The translations under genes were made by a program, and so were the position numbers. 64,000 nucleotides of DNA from the IMG/VR virus record IMGVR_UViG_3300037475_000122, positions 10,143 through 74,142 of that record; one strand, given 5' to 3'. The notes under the pieces were generated by a model. It did no database searches. It was not told the DNA's origin and saw only the letters and a list, made by a program, of their open reading frames with translations. Below are positions 9,070-19,128 of the stretch, piece after piece. Numbering within the stretch: the stretch's first letter is position 1; each line of letters opens with the position of its first letter. The DNA is from a virus.

Positions 9070-10242
9070 ATGGCAAAAGTTTCTGATTACCCGGAAGAGC
9101 TAGGCGCAAACCCCGAGGGGTTTTTGTTCATGGCTGTTCGGCAACCGGACGGCAAGTTCAAGACGAAGAAAATCGCGCCTGACCGCGTGGGCGCGCAAGG
9201 CCCGGTCGGTCCCGGCGGCGCAACTGGCCCCACGGGTGCGACGGGCGGAGTTGGCCCGGCCGGTCCTGCCGGTCCCGCAGGCCCTACCGGCGCGACGGGC
9301 TCTCAGGGTCCCGCAGGCACGAACGGCACCAACGGAACGAACGGCACCAACGGCACCAACGGAACGAACGGCACGAACGCGACGGTCGTCGGCGAGATTC
9401 AAAACTACGACGGCATCGTGTATGAGAATTTCGATGACTACTCCGCTGGCGCAATCGCCACTCTCGACAAGGGCCTCGGCTGGGATGACAACGGCATTTG
9501 CACCGGCGCGACCATCGTGACGAAGACCAAGGCCGGGAATGGGACGTCTCCCACGGAGAAGCGATTGTCCATCGACAACGGGGAGTATATCCGGAAAATG
9601 CCATGGGGCGACGGATGGAATCGCCTGCAAATTTTCATTCAGTTCCGCGTGGGCAGCGTGGCCGCAGCGTTCACGGGCCTCGGGTATCTCGGCATCTGTT
9701 CCGGGCAGACCAACACGGCCGGGACCGCAGCGACGGACAATTTCGTCGGCCTCGTTTTCAACAAGGGGGTCAACGGCTGGACATTTGCAAACGGCACCCG
9801 CGTGGACTACACGGGATTTGCGTCGGGTCAAACTTTCATTACTCGCCGGGGCAACACCGATTCGAGTTGGGGCGGCACCGCCGGGTCCGACGGGCGCAAG
9901 TATTCCGTCACCGAGGGCTACACGTCCATTCTGATGCTGGACCTACAGCGCCCGGTTTTTGCGAACGACGCTTCGTCCGTGAATTACGACGGCTCCGTCC
10001 GCAGCACCGATTTGACTCACGTCGAATTTTCTTCGGCGAAGACGGCCCTTTGGAACTTGCTCCACAATGACGACCTCGTTACCAGCGGTGCGGCGGTTCG
10101 CGTCATCGGAAGCGGCGTGGAAACCCCTCCGTCGGTCGCGTTCGACCAATCGACGGGCAAGCTCGATACACTGAACTTCGTCTGGCCCGTGGCCGGGAAG
10201 CAGTTTGAAATCGCCGCCATCGGCGTCCACAAACTCTATTGA
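9070..10242 (+). CDS. Collagen-repeat fibre protein
   Basis: MAKVSDYP N-terminus, about 20 G-X-Y triplets, beta-rich C-terminal domain. Confidence 0.75.
   Translation: MAKVSDYPEELGANPEGFLFMAVRQPDGKFKTKKIAPDRVGAQGPVGPGGATGPTGATGGVGPAGPAGPAGPTGATGSQGPAGTNGTNGTNGTNGTNGTNGTNATVVGEIQNYDGIVYENFDDYSAGAIATLDKGLGWDDNGICTGATIVTKTKAGNGTSPTEKRLSIDNGEYIRKMPWGDGWNRLQIFIQFRVGSVAAAFTGLGYLGICSGQTNTAGTAATDNFVGLVFNKGVNGWTFANGTRVDYTGFASGQTFITRRGNTDSSWGGTAGSDGRKYSVTEGYTSILMLDLQRPVFANDASSVNYDGSVRSTDLTHVEFSSAKTALWNLLHNDDLVTSGAAVRVIGSGVETPPSVAFDQSTGKLDTLNFVWPVAGKQFEIAAIGVHKLY
9316..9378 (+). repeat. 9-bp tandem repeat encoding (GTN)7
   Basis: GG(C/A)AC(C/G)AAC x7. Confidence 0.9.
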
Positions 10243-10267
10243 CTCGGACCCCCGTTTTTACAACCTT
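10239..10267 (+). promoter_or_regulatory. Late-class leaderless promoter
   Basis: TTGACT-N17-AACCTT-N5-ATG(10273). Confidence 0.75.
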
Positions 10268-10272
10268 ATTCT

Positions 10273-10602
10273 ATGGCTGCATACCCTATCGACCTCGGAC
10301 GGAAGTCCGGCCCCTTCCCCACCGAAGCCGTCAACCCGACGGAAAAGCACTATCCGACGTTGTATCTCGACGACATCGGCAGCGAAATGGATTTGCCGGA
10401 CGACGGGCTGATGACCGTGCGCTTCCACAAGACTTCCGAAACCACGACCGACCGCGAAGGAAAGAAAACGCAGTGCGTGTGCATCGAGGTCCAAGAGATT
10501 GTCAAAGTCAAGGGCGAAGCGCCGAAGGAGGACGAGAAGTCCCCGGGCGAAGTGCTTGACGAACTGCTCGCGGAGAAACAGAAAGAGGGAGAGGATTACT
10601 GA
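10273..10602 (+). CDS. Hypothetical acidic protein
   Basis: 109 aa, own promoter, overlaps the next start. Confidence 0.7.
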   Translation: MAAYPIDLGRKSGPFPTEAVNPTEKHYPTLYLDDIGSEMDLPDDGLMTVRFHKTSETTTDREGKKTQCVCIEVQEIVKVKGEAPKEDEKSPGEVLDELLAEKQKEGEDY

Positions 10603-11549
10603 TGCTCCTCGTTTCCGAAATTTGGGAAGACGCAATGGAGATTTTCGGCCATTGCAACGAGACGAAATTGCTGCGTTGGATTACTGACGCGGTGCAATTC
10701 CTCGCGAACAAGGGCGAGGTGGACCCGCTCATCGGTTACGTTGACCTCTGCGTCTCGGGTCGCTGCGTCACTCTCCCCCGTGAAGTTGAGACCATTCTGA
10801 GTCTCAATATAGACGGCTCTCCCGCGCGCGGGCGGGATGAACTTTTCTCGTTCCACTTGAACGGCCCCGGCGAACGTCGGCAGTCCTGCAACTACACTTG
10901 GGACAACAGCGGCACCTTTTTCACCTATCGGGATTTGCAGTGTCCGGCGCGACTTGTCGCTTTCGTCGAACGCCAAGAGGACGCGGGCGTGATGCTGCGC
11001 GTGTTCGGCTACGACGACCAAAACCGACCCTTGCGGACGAACGCCAACGGGGTCTGGACTGACGGCCTTCTCGTCCCGACGATTTACGGCTACGCGCTCC
11101 CCGCCTCGACGGACCCCTTCGTCTCCCGCATCACGGGAATCGTCAAGGGCCAGTCTGTCGCCAACATCCGCTTGTCCAGCTTCGACAACGCGACTTCCTC
11201 GGGCACCCTCCTCGGCATTTTCGAGCCCGACGAACTGAAGCCGGAATATCGTCGCATCCGGCTCAATCGCGACTGCCCGTGGATTCGCATCTGCTACCGT
11301 CGCCGGACGCTCGACTTGATTTCCCAGAACGACCGCATCCTTCTGCATTCCCGGATTGCGCTGATTCTGGCGATGCAGGCGTTGAAGAAATATCGGGAAA
11401 TCGACCTCGTCGCGGCGACTCAACTCGAAGCGCACGCAGTTCGACTTTTGACGGAGCGAGAGAACGTCCTCACCGCGCCCATCAACAGCCCGATTCAGGT
11501 CGAGGACCACAACAGTATCAAGGTCCACGAGTGTGAGGATGTTGACTAA
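10602..11549 (+). CDS. Head-tail adaptor / tail tubular protein A-like
   Basis: 315 aa, helical termini, directly upstream of the nozzle-like gene. Confidence 0.55.
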   Translation: MLLVSEIWEDAMEIFGHCNETKLLRWITDAVQFLANKGEVDPLIGYVDLCVSGRCVTLPREVETILSLNIDGSPARGRDELFSFHLNGPGERRQSCNYTWDNSGTFFTYRDLQCPARLVAFVERQEDAGVMLRVFGYDDQNRPLRTNANGVWTDGLLVPTIYGYALPASTDPFVSRITGIVKGQSVANIRLSSFDNATSSGTLLGIFEPDELKPEYRRIRLNRDCPWIRICYRRRTLDLISQNDRILLHSRIALILAMQALKKYREIDLVAATQLEAHAVRLLTERENVLTAPINSPIQVEDHNSIKVHECEDVD

Positions 11550-13522
11550 TGTCCAACAAGATTCAAGACGGCGACCTTCTGTTCCCGCTGGGGGTCGATT
11601 CCGGCACAGACCCCACGGGGCTGGCCCCGGGCTTCTACTCGCGCGGGATGAACGTAGTCAATCGCGGCGGCATCATCCAGTGTCGCCCGGGCTATCGCTG
11701 TCTGCTCGTCCTTCCTGAGGGCGAACTTCAGGGATTCGCCACGCTCCGGCCGAAACGCGGCCCCGAGACGTTGGTCTTCGCCGTCGCCGGGAAAATTTAC
11801 ACGAGCCAGTATCCGTTTGACACGGCCACGCAGCTTCAGGGGGTCGAATTTTCTACCACGGCGGAGCAGATTTTTTTCAAGCAGGTCGAGCAAGTCGTCA
11901 CGAACAATCCGGACGGCTCGATTTCGTTCACCAACCCGAAGAACATCCTCATCATTCAGGACGGCGGATTCACTGCCCCGGCCGTCTATGATGGCACGCG
12001 CGCGACGCATCAGCGCGGGCAGGGCTCGATTCCCCTCGGCGGCGTGATGGAATGGGTTGGCGACCGCTTGTGGGTTTCTCGCGGCCCGAACCTCTACGCG
12101 TCCGACATCGGCAACCCGGTCTCGTTCACCGAGTCAACTTACATCGCGGGCTCCCTCGGCTTTTTCACCTTCCCGCAGGACATCACGGCGCTTCACAAAA
12201 CGCTGACGGTGGACTTCGCGCAGTTGCTCGTTTACTCTCGCACGACGACTCAGGTGATTCAGGCTAGCATCCGGGACCGCACGCTCTGGGCGACGACTCC
12301 CAACTTCCAGAAGGAAATTTTCCCCAACATCGGCTGCGTTGCCCCGCGCTCCGTCGTCGCGCATTACGGTCTCCTCTGGTGGTTCTCCGAGCACGGCCTC
12401 GTGTCCCTCGACGCCGCCGCCACGGGATACATCTCGTCTTCGCTGCCCTACCAAGACAGTCAGATGCAGGAGAGCAAGGGCCGCTTGTCGCAGCACCTCA
12501 CCGGCATCGCGTGCGCCAGCTACGAGAACTATTTGCTCGTCAGCGTGCCCTACGCGGACAAGTTCAATCGTCATACGTGGTGCCTTGACAACACGGTCAA
12601 CCCCGGGGAAGCGCAGCGCAAACCGTCGTGGAATAGTTTCTGGACCGGGACGCGCCCCGTGGAGTGGATTGTCGGCGAGTTTGAGGGCGAGACCCGCGCG
12701 CTCTATTTGTCGAAGGACTACGACGGCCAAAATCGTTTGTGGGAAGCGTTCATGCCCGACCGGCTCGACAACAACTGCCCGATTACTTGGTGGGCCGAGT
12801 CTCGCGCCTACCCGTTCAACGCGCCGGGCAAGTTCAAGGATTTTCGATACGCGGACGTGTTCCTCACAGAGCTTTCCGGCACCGTGGACGTCGCGGTTTT
12901 TTGGGCGGGCTCGCATCGCGGAAAATATAAGCGCATCATGACGAAGCGCATTTTCGCGAACACGGCGACCTTTGCGGCCGGGCACACGATTGACGCCGAG
13001 GAAGTCCTCACGTCACTCAAAAAGCAATCTCGATACACGCGCACGCAGGATGCGAAGGCCCTGACGCCTCAGGAGACTTTGTCCTCGTGCGACGTTGAGT
13101 CCGACCGGCTCGACTTCCATGATGAAAGTTTTCAAGTGCTAGTTGTGGGCTCCGGCCCCGGCGCGATTCGCGGAATCGTCGGCTACGCTGACCCGCAGGT
13201 CAACGAGGATGACTCCGGCCGCTGTGAGAAGGACGAGACCGAAGACAATTTTGTGCGCTTCGACGGCGGGGCCTCAACGAAGTCGTCGCTCGAAGCCGCG
13301 CTCGCAGAATTTGCGAACACGATTCCGGTCTTCAAGTCCACGAAAACGGTCTCGCTCACTCAGGACGGATACACGGAAATCGGCGTCGGCACTGGACAGA
13401 GCATCGTGTCCCAACAGGACGCGGACAAGATTGCCACGGCGATGGCGAACCGGCTCGCGTCTGAGGCGCTGAAGCTTGTCTTGCCGGACATCATCAATCT
13501 TGGAGAGACGGCCAACCAATGA
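11549..13522 (+). CDS. Tail nozzle / stabilization protein (P22 gp10 or T7 gp12-like)
   Basis: 657 aa, propeller-like: N..NRGG...RPG, GDRLWV, LYASDI, IGCVAPRSVV. Confidence 0.7.
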   Translation: MSNKIQDGDLLFPLGVDSGTDPTGLAPGFYSRGMNVVNRGGIIQCRPGYRCLLVLPEGELQGFATLRPKRGPETLVFAVAGKIYTSQYPFDTATQLQGVEFSTTAEQIFFKQVEQVVTNNPDGSISFTNPKNILIIQDGGFTAPAVYDGTRATHQRGQGSIPLGGVMEWVGDRLWVSRGPNLYASDIGNPVSFTESTYIAGSLGFFTFPQDITALHKTLTVDFAQLLVYSRTTTQVIQASIRDRTLWATTPNFQKEIFPNIGCVAPRSVVAHYGLLWWFSEHGLVSLDAAATGYISSSLPYQDSQMQESKGRLSQHLTGIACASYENYLLVSVPYADKFNRHTWCLDNTVNPGEAQRKPSWNSFWTGTRPVEWIVGEFEGETRALYLSKDYDGQNRLWEAFMPDRLDNNCPITWWAESRAYPFNAPGKFKDFRYADVFLTELSGTVDVAVFWAGSHRGKYKRIMTKRIFANTATFAAGHTIDAEEVLTSLKKQSRYTRTQDAKALTPQETLSSCDVESDRLDFHDESFQVLVVGSGPGAIRGIVGYADPQVNEDDSGRCEKDETEDNFVRFDGGASTKSSLEAALAEFANTIPVFKSTKTVSLTQDGYTEIGVGTGQSIVSQQDADKIATAMANRLASEALKLVLPDIINLGETANQ

Positions 13523-13926
13523 ACAATTTCGACTCCATCCGGGCCATCACCCGCCGCCATTTTTGGGACGACTACCGCTCGCCTCTCACCTGCGTCGTGA
13601 TTCCGTCCGCCTCGGGCTCCGGCTCCGGGGAGACCATCGACATCGGCATCACGCCGGTCTTTCAGGGGGTCGGCCCGGACCTCACCGCCGTGGCGGCTGG
13701 GGGCTCTATTACGTTATCGTGGTCGCAGACCCCCAAGGCTTACGCTTACGTGATTTATCGCGCAAACGTTGCAGGCGGTCCTTTCACCATCCTCTTGGCC
13801 GGTCTCGTCGCACGTTCCTACGTTGACATTCCGGCGATTTCGGGAACCTATTACTATCGGGTTACAGCTATCGAGCCGGACTTCGGTGAGACCCTTGCCT
13901 CGAATACTGCATCCGCCACTGTTTAA
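13519..13926 (+). CDS. Virion protein with fibronectin type III-like domain
   Basis: ITLSWS..AYAYVIYR..SYVD..TYYYRVTA..GE...SN. Confidence 0.7.
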   Translation: MNNFDSIRAITRRHFWDDYRSPLTCVVIPSASGSGSGETIDIGITPVFQGVGPDLTAVAAGGSITLSWSQTPKAYAYVIYRANVAGGPFTILLAGLVARSYVDIPAISGTYYYRVTAIEPDFGETLASNTASATV

Positions 13927-13931
13927 ACGTC

Positions 13932-14999
13932 ATGGCCAATCTGTTCAAGACCAATCTGAAAATCACGGCGGCTCAGCTTCCGCCCGACTTCTCCGGCACC
14001 CCGGCCGAGTTCCTGCGGGCCATCGTTGAACGGCTGGACATTTTCTCCCCTGTCGGCACCAATTTCTTCGTCGTTGGCGACGTGGAACCCCCTACTAATC
14101 AAGGACCTTGGTTGAAGGACGGCAAGACGTGGTATGTCTTCGACGAGGACGAGGGGAAATACGTCCCGGCCGACATCTCCGATTCGACGCTGACTCTCTT
14201 CACGGTCTCCGACGCTGAGCCCGAGCCCCCGGTTGCCGGGGAGGACGCTCTCATCTGGCTTCGGACCAAAAGCAACCGCGTCCTCGGCTGGTATTTCTGG
14301 GATGGCGAAGAGTGGCGACCCGAGGGCCATACACCCCCGAGCGGCCCCACGGCTGACCGCCCTTCGGACCCCGGCGACCTCGAACAGTTTTTCGACACGA
14401 CCTGCGGGTGCCTGATTCATTGGGAGCGCGGCGCGTGGCGGACGGTCTCCGGCACTCCGGGCGACGTCAAGTTTGTGACGGCTCCGCTTTTGGCGGACGC
14501 CATCGCGTTCAACCCCGGCTGGGAATACCTCGGGGAGAACAGCCAAGATTTTCGCGGCAAGGTCCTCGGCGTGGCGACGAAAGACCCCGGGGCGACTCCG
14601 GCGATTTCGTATTCGACGGCGTCCGGCATCACGGCACGCGCGCAAGGTTCGCTCGCGGGCGCGGAAACGGTCGTCCTCGCGGACCTCGACATTCCGCAGC
14701 ATTCCCACTTGGTTGGCGCGGTGAACGCACTCGGCAACAACCACAACGCAAACTTTTATCGGGTTGACAACAACCAAGCCTTCGTCGCTCCCGGCTCCGG
14801 CCCGCCCAATTACGAGAAGACGACCGGAGCGAATTTCGACTCCGCGTCCGGCGCTCTCCCGGCGGCAACTGACGGCTGCGCGTTGGTGACTTCGACGCAG
14901 CTTGCCAAGGCCATCGCACCGTCGCCTTACACGTCCGATGCCGCCGCGCATCAGAACATGCAGCCCACGGTTTTCCTCTGGGCGCTCCAAAAAGTTTAA
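13932..14999 (+). CDS. Tail fibre / collar-domain protein
   Basis: GAETVVL..IPQHSH and AHQNMQP collar motifs. Confidence 0.7.
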   Translation: MANLFKTNLKITAAQLPPDFSGTPAEFLRAIVERLDIFSPVGTNFFVVGDVEPPTNQGPWLKDGKTWYVFDEDEGKYVPADISDSTLTLFTVSDAEPEPPVAGEDALIWLRTKSNRVLGWYFWDGEEWRPEGHTPPSGPTADRPSDPGDLEQFFDTTCGCLIHWERGAWRTVSGTPGDVKFVTAPLLADAIAFNPGWEYLGENSQDFRGKVLGVATKDPGATPAISYSTASGITARAQGSLAGAETVVLADLDIPQHSHLVGAVNALGNNHNANFYRVDNNQAFVAPGSGPPNYEKTTGANFDSASGALPAATDGCALVTSTQLAKAIAPSPYTSDAAAHQNMQPTVFLWALQKV

Positions 15000-15595
15000 T
15001 GAACCGGCTCCCGTTCATCGTTGTTGACGATTTCGTCGCGGACCCTGTCGCGGCGGCGGCAACTTTGCGCGCAGCGGACTTTGCAGACCGCAAAGGGCCG
15101 GACGGTGAAGTTTACAAACGCGTCGCTCCTCTTCCGCAGGAATTGTTCAAGGCGGAAATTGAAAAGGCCCTCGGGTTTGCCATCCGTCCCAACTACTCGA
15201 TTGCCCGGCTGAACTACGCGGGCGAGAATCCGAACAACGCGGTCCATGCCGACAGCGGCTATGATGAGTTTGCGTGCATCGTCTATCTGACCGAAGACAA
15301 GTTTTGCAGCGGCGGGACGGCGTTCTGGAAGCACAAGATTCTCGGCTTCGACTCGATGCCGGACGAGACTCAGGTCCGCGCCGTAGGAAAAAATCCCGGG
15401 CAGGTGATGAAGCGGCTCAGCGCGGACTGGAACAACATCAGCGCATGGACTCAAACGGCGCTCGCGGAGATGAAGTTCAACCGAGCGATTTTTTTCAAGT
15501 GCAAATCGTTTCATTCGCGGTTCCCGTTCGAGGCGTTCGGGGATAGCCCGGAAAACGGCCGTTTGATTTTCGTCAGCTTTTTCAACCGCGCATGA
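14999..15595 (+). CDS. 2OG-Fe(II) dioxygenase (DUF6445-like)
   Basis: HAD (HxD), IVYL..GGTAFW, FNRAIFF..FHS, distal Arg in RLIFVSF. Confidence 0.75.
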   Translation: MNRLPFIVVDDFVADPVAAAATLRAADFADRKGPDGEVYKRVAPLPQELFKAEIEKALGFAIRPNYSIARLNYAGENPNNAVHADSGYDEFACIVYLTEDKFCSGGTAFWKHKILGFDSMPDETQVRAVGKNPGQVMKRLSADWNNISAWTQTALAEMKFNRAIFFKCKSFHSRFPFEAFGDSPENGRLIFVSFFNRA

Positions 15596-16038
15596 CCTTT
15601 GGAAAACTAACGCCGGAAAATCTGAACCTCGTCCAAGAGATTGGCGAGAAGTTCACCGCGAGCGTCAACTATCCGGGCGGCTTCAAGTATGAGGCTTTCT
15701 CGGCCGTGTGGACCGTGCTTTTGAGTCTTGGCCTCGGCGAGATTTTCTTCGCGCACAACGGCGAAAAGGTTGTGGGTCTGTTCGGCGGGGTTTTCAATCC
15801 GGACCCGTTCAATGGCCTAATGACGGCAGCGGAACAGTTTTGGTATGTGCTCCCCGAGGCGCGCGGGACGAAGGCGTCTTTGCGGCTCTTCGACATGTTC
15901 GAGGAAGAGGCGAAAGCCCGTCGGTGCAGTCGAATTTTGATGTTGCGTCTCGAAGGCGAATTCGCAGACATCTTGTCGCGGCTCTATGAACGCCGAGACT
16001 ACAAAATGGCCGAACAAACTTTCGTAAAGGAAATTTAA
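15592..16038 (+). CDS. GNAT acetyltransferase (internal virion protein A position)
   Basis: WYVLPEARGT acetyl-CoA motif, LYERRDY. Confidence 0.75.
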   Translation: MTFGKLTPENLNLVQEIGEKFTASVNYPGGFKYEAFSAVWTVLLSLGLGEIFFAHNGEKVVGLFGGVFNPDPFNGLMTAAEQFWYVLPEARGTKASLRLFDMFEEEAKARRCSRILMLRLEGEFADILSRLYERRDYKMAEQTFVKEI

Positions 16039-16039
16039 T

Positions 16040-17044
16040 ATGGGTGTCGTAACTGCAATTGCTGCCGGTGCTGTCGCCGCAGGGGCCATCGCCTCGGCCG
16101 TCGTCAAGAAGAACGCCGCCGACAAGGCCGCGAAGATTCAGAAGAAGGCCATCGACCAGCAACAGAAAATTCTTCAGAATAAGCTGGACCCCGACGCGCT
16201 GAACAAGCTCGCGCAGACGGCCGACACCGAGCGCGCGAAGAACCGTATTGCGCTTCAGCAGACGATTGACCCGGAACTCGCACAACTCCGCACCGCTGGG
16301 AAGAAAGCGTTGCTTGAGCAGGCGAGCATCCCCGAAGAGCAGAAGCAGTCTTCGCAGTTGGCGAGTGCGCTGTTCAACGAGACGAAGACCGAAGACCCGC
16401 GCATGGCGGCGTTGAAGGACTCCATCATCAATGCGGCTCAGAACGAAATCAACGCGGGCGCAACTCTGCCCCCGGAATTTCAAGCCGAACTCGTTCGCTC
16501 CGGGCTCAACACGGGCTCTCAGTCCGGCATCGGCATCACGAAGAATTCAATCGGCGGCAGTGTCGCCCGGGCTCTCGGACTCGGCGGAGTTCAACTCCAA
16601 TTCCAGCGCGAGCAGGCCGCGCAGAACCTCGCCGCCACGGGCCAGAGCCTCATCAACGCGCGAACGAACATTCTCTCCTCCGTGTTCCCGAAACTTCGCG
16701 ACTTGGAAAACGAACGCCGGGTCGAGGCCGCACAGAATTTTCAACTTGCCGACCAAGCCCTTCCCGAAAGCGGCTTGTCCGGTCAGGACGTGGTCAACCT
16801 CAAGGTCGCACAGCAGAAGGGCATCGCGAACGCTCTCGGCGCGAAGGCTCAGGTGCGCGCGGGTCAGAAGATTGCGGCCGGTCAGGAAACCGGGGCCATC
16901 ATCGGGGCCAGCACGAGCGCCATTGCGGGCGGACTCGGCGGCGGCTACGGAAACATCATGGGCAGTCTTTTCAGCAAAAAGCCCGGCGTGGACACGGGCG
17001 GCGGGTCCAGCTTGAGCCAAGGTCAATTCCCCGGAGAAGGATAA
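16040..17044 (+). CDS. DNA ejection / internal virion protein
   Basis: G/A-rich hydrophobic termini with Q/A coiled coil, follows the GNAT gene. Confidence 0.65.
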   Translation: MGVVTAIAAGAVAAGAIASAVVKKNAADKAAKIQKKAIDQQQKILQNKLDPDALNKLAQTADTERAKNRIALQQTIDPELAQLRTAGKKALLEQASIPEEQKQSSQLASALFNETKTEDPRMAALKDSIINAAQNEINAGATLPPEFQAELVRSGLNTGSQSGIGITKNSIGGSVARALGLGGVQLQFQREQAAQNLAATGQSLINARTNILSSVFPKLRDLENERRVEAAQNFQLADQALPESGLSGQDVVNLKVAQQKGIANALGAKAQVRAGQKIAAGQETGAIIGASTSAIAGGLGGGYGNIMGSLFSKKPGVDTGGGSSLSQGQFPGEG

Positions 17045-17045
17045 G

Positions 17046-17537
17046 ATGGCGCTTTTTTCCTCAACTGTGCGTCCGTCGCAAACGGCCATCGGCATCGGTG
17101 GTCAGCGCGCAAGCATTTTCCAGTCGGTGTTCCCGAACCTCCGCCAGCCCGACGCGACTGGCATGTTCTCGAACCCGGCGATGATTCCTCACTTGCCCAT
17201 GCCCAACGGTCAGCCCGCGCGTGCGAACTCTCCGGCGACTCCTCCGCCCGAGGTTTTGAATCCGACCATTCACAAGTCGGCGGCGACTCGTGCGGCTGAA
17301 GCTGTCGCGGCGCATCTCGCGGCCTATCCGCCGCCCGTCAAACCGCCCACCGTCATTCCGACTCGGCAGAACACGGCCCCGCGTGAAACGGCCGGGACCC
17401 GAAATACGAACATGGCGAACCAATCTTTGCAGGCCCTCGGATTGCAACCGCTGCCCGGCTCGACTCTGCCGCTAGCGTCTCCGCAGATGCGGAATCCAAC
17501 CGGCCCATCTCTGAACACCCTTTTTCCAACCCGATAA
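17046..17537 (+). CDS. Proline-rich hypothetical protein
   Basis: 163 aa, fills the gap exactly. Confidence 0.6.
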   Translation: MALFSSTVRPSQTAIGIGGQRASIFQSVFPNLRQPDATGMFSNPAMIPHLPMPNGQPARANSPATPPPEVLNPTIHKSAATRAAEAVAAHLAAYPPPVKPPTVIPTRQNTAPRETAGTRNTNMANQSLQALGLQPLPGSTLPLASPQMRNPTGPSLNTLFPTR

Positions 17538-17541
17538 AATT

Positions 17542-19128
17542 ATGCCCGGCATCGCCTCAGACCGTTCTCCCGGAATTCAGATTGGACCCATCGCGTCCAT
17601 CGGAAGCGACATCACTCCGACGCCTGCCGTCGGCGACATGATGGATGCTTTCCGTTCAGGCTTCATCACCGTTGACGACCTGAAGAAACGCGTGAAGCAG
17701 GAGGCGTTGGACACCGACGCCATGAAGACCCAACTTCAGGCCGGGGACATTCAACGCAAGCTCGCGCCCGGCGCGGCGGAGAACGCACTCGCGCAGCAAT
17801 CGCTCACGGCCGACCAAATCCGGGCCGCTCAGGCGGTTCTCCCCGGTGCCACGAAGTTGACTCTCGGCGGACAGACGCTCGCCCAACAGGAGCAGGACCG
17901 TCAGGCCGCGCTCACGAGCGACGACGTCACCATTCATCAGAAGGCCCTTGAGGACGCGACGAAACGACAATACATCGACACGTTCGGCCACGAGCCGCCC
18001 AAGTCGATTGCGATTCCCAACCCCAAGCCGGTGGACCCGTTCGACGTGTGGCTCGAAAAGGAGCACGGTGCGGATTTGCAGAAGCGAATCAACGAATTCG
18101 ACCCCGGCGTCCCGGACCCGAAGGAACTCGAAGCGACCATCACGGAGAAGGTCAACAATTTCAAGAGTGGGTATCCGCTGAATTCCCGCGAGGACAACAT
18201 CGAGCGCGCGAAGTTCGCGAACCAACTCGAAGAGCAGGCGAAGAACGTCCCCAACCCGGACGCCCTCCGCGCTCAGTTCGCCAATCAGGCCGCGCAGGAA
18301 CTCCGCGAGAACCCGGCCATCCGGACTCAATACGAAACCTACAAGCTCGAACAGTCGAACGCGAAAGACAAGGTCGTTCTCGGCACGCCGGAGCATACGG
18401 AAATCATGCGCCAGCGGATTCAGGACGCGCAGGACAAGGCCGCGCTCCGAGCCGCGAAAATCACCGCGCTTCCCAAAGTTTTGGAAGAGCAGGCGACGCT
18501 CCCCGGCAAGCTGGCTCAGAAGGAAGTGGAGAACAAAGGCAAAGCGGCAGGCGATGTCTTGCTGGAACTCCACAAGAGCGAGTCGTTGAAACGTTTCGAG
18601 CCTCAGTTCGAGGCGTTCGAGAAGGTGGACTCCATCCGCAACAGCGGCCGACCGCCCACAAACGCCGACGACATCGCGGTTCTTTACGAGTTCGTCAAGC
18701 TGCTCGACCCCACGTCGGCCGTCCGCGAAGGTGAAGCCAAGCTCGCGCAGTCCACGGTCCCCGGGGTGAAGGCGATGTATAACAAGGTCCTCGGCCTTTT
18801 CACTGACCACAATAAAATCATGGACCCGCAGGCGCGCGAGTCGATGTTTCAGACGATGGACACCCTCCGGGACGGCGCAATCAAAACCGTCGCTCCCGAA
18901 ATCAAGCGCATCTCGAACATCGCCATCGACCGGGGAGTTCCGCTCGACCAAGTTTTTTCCGGACCCTATCAGGCCATCCTCACGAAGAACGGCCGAGGTC
19001 CCGGCGCGGCTCCGGCTGGCAACCTCCCGCCCCCGGGCGGCTCCAAACGGGTCATCCCGTCGGAAGGCCCATATAAGGGCAAGACGTTGGAGTGGGACGG
19101 CGCACGGTGGACTCTTATCGGCCCTTGA
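17542..19128 (+). CDS. DNA ejection / internal virion protein
   Basis: 528 aa helical; D..VLYEFVKLLDPTSAVREGE motif. Confidence 0.6.
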   Translation: MPGIASDRSPGIQIGPIASIGSDITPTPAVGDMMDAFRSGFITVDDLKKRVKQEALDTDAMKTQLQAGDIQRKLAPGAAENALAQQSLTADQIRAAQAVLPGATKLTLGGQTLAQQEQDRQAALTSDDVTIHQKALEDATKRQYIDTFGHEPPKSIAIPNPKPVDPFDVWLEKEHGADLQKRINEFDPGVPDPKELEATITEKVNNFKSGYPLNSREDNIERAKFANQLEEQAKNVPNPDALRAQFANQAAQELRENPAIRTQYETYKLEQSNAKDKVVLGTPEHTEIMRQRIQDAQDKAALRAAKITALPKVLEEQATLPGKLAQKEVENKGKAAGDVLLELHKSESLKRFEPQFEAFEKVDSIRNSGRPPTNADDIAVLYEFVKLLDPTSAVREGEAKLAQSTVPGVKAMYNKVLGLFTDHNKIMDPQARESMFQTMDTLRDGAIKTVAPEIKRISNIAIDRGVPLDQVFSGPYQAILTKNGRGPGAAPAGNLPPPGGSKRVIPSEGPYKGKTLEWDGARWTLIGP

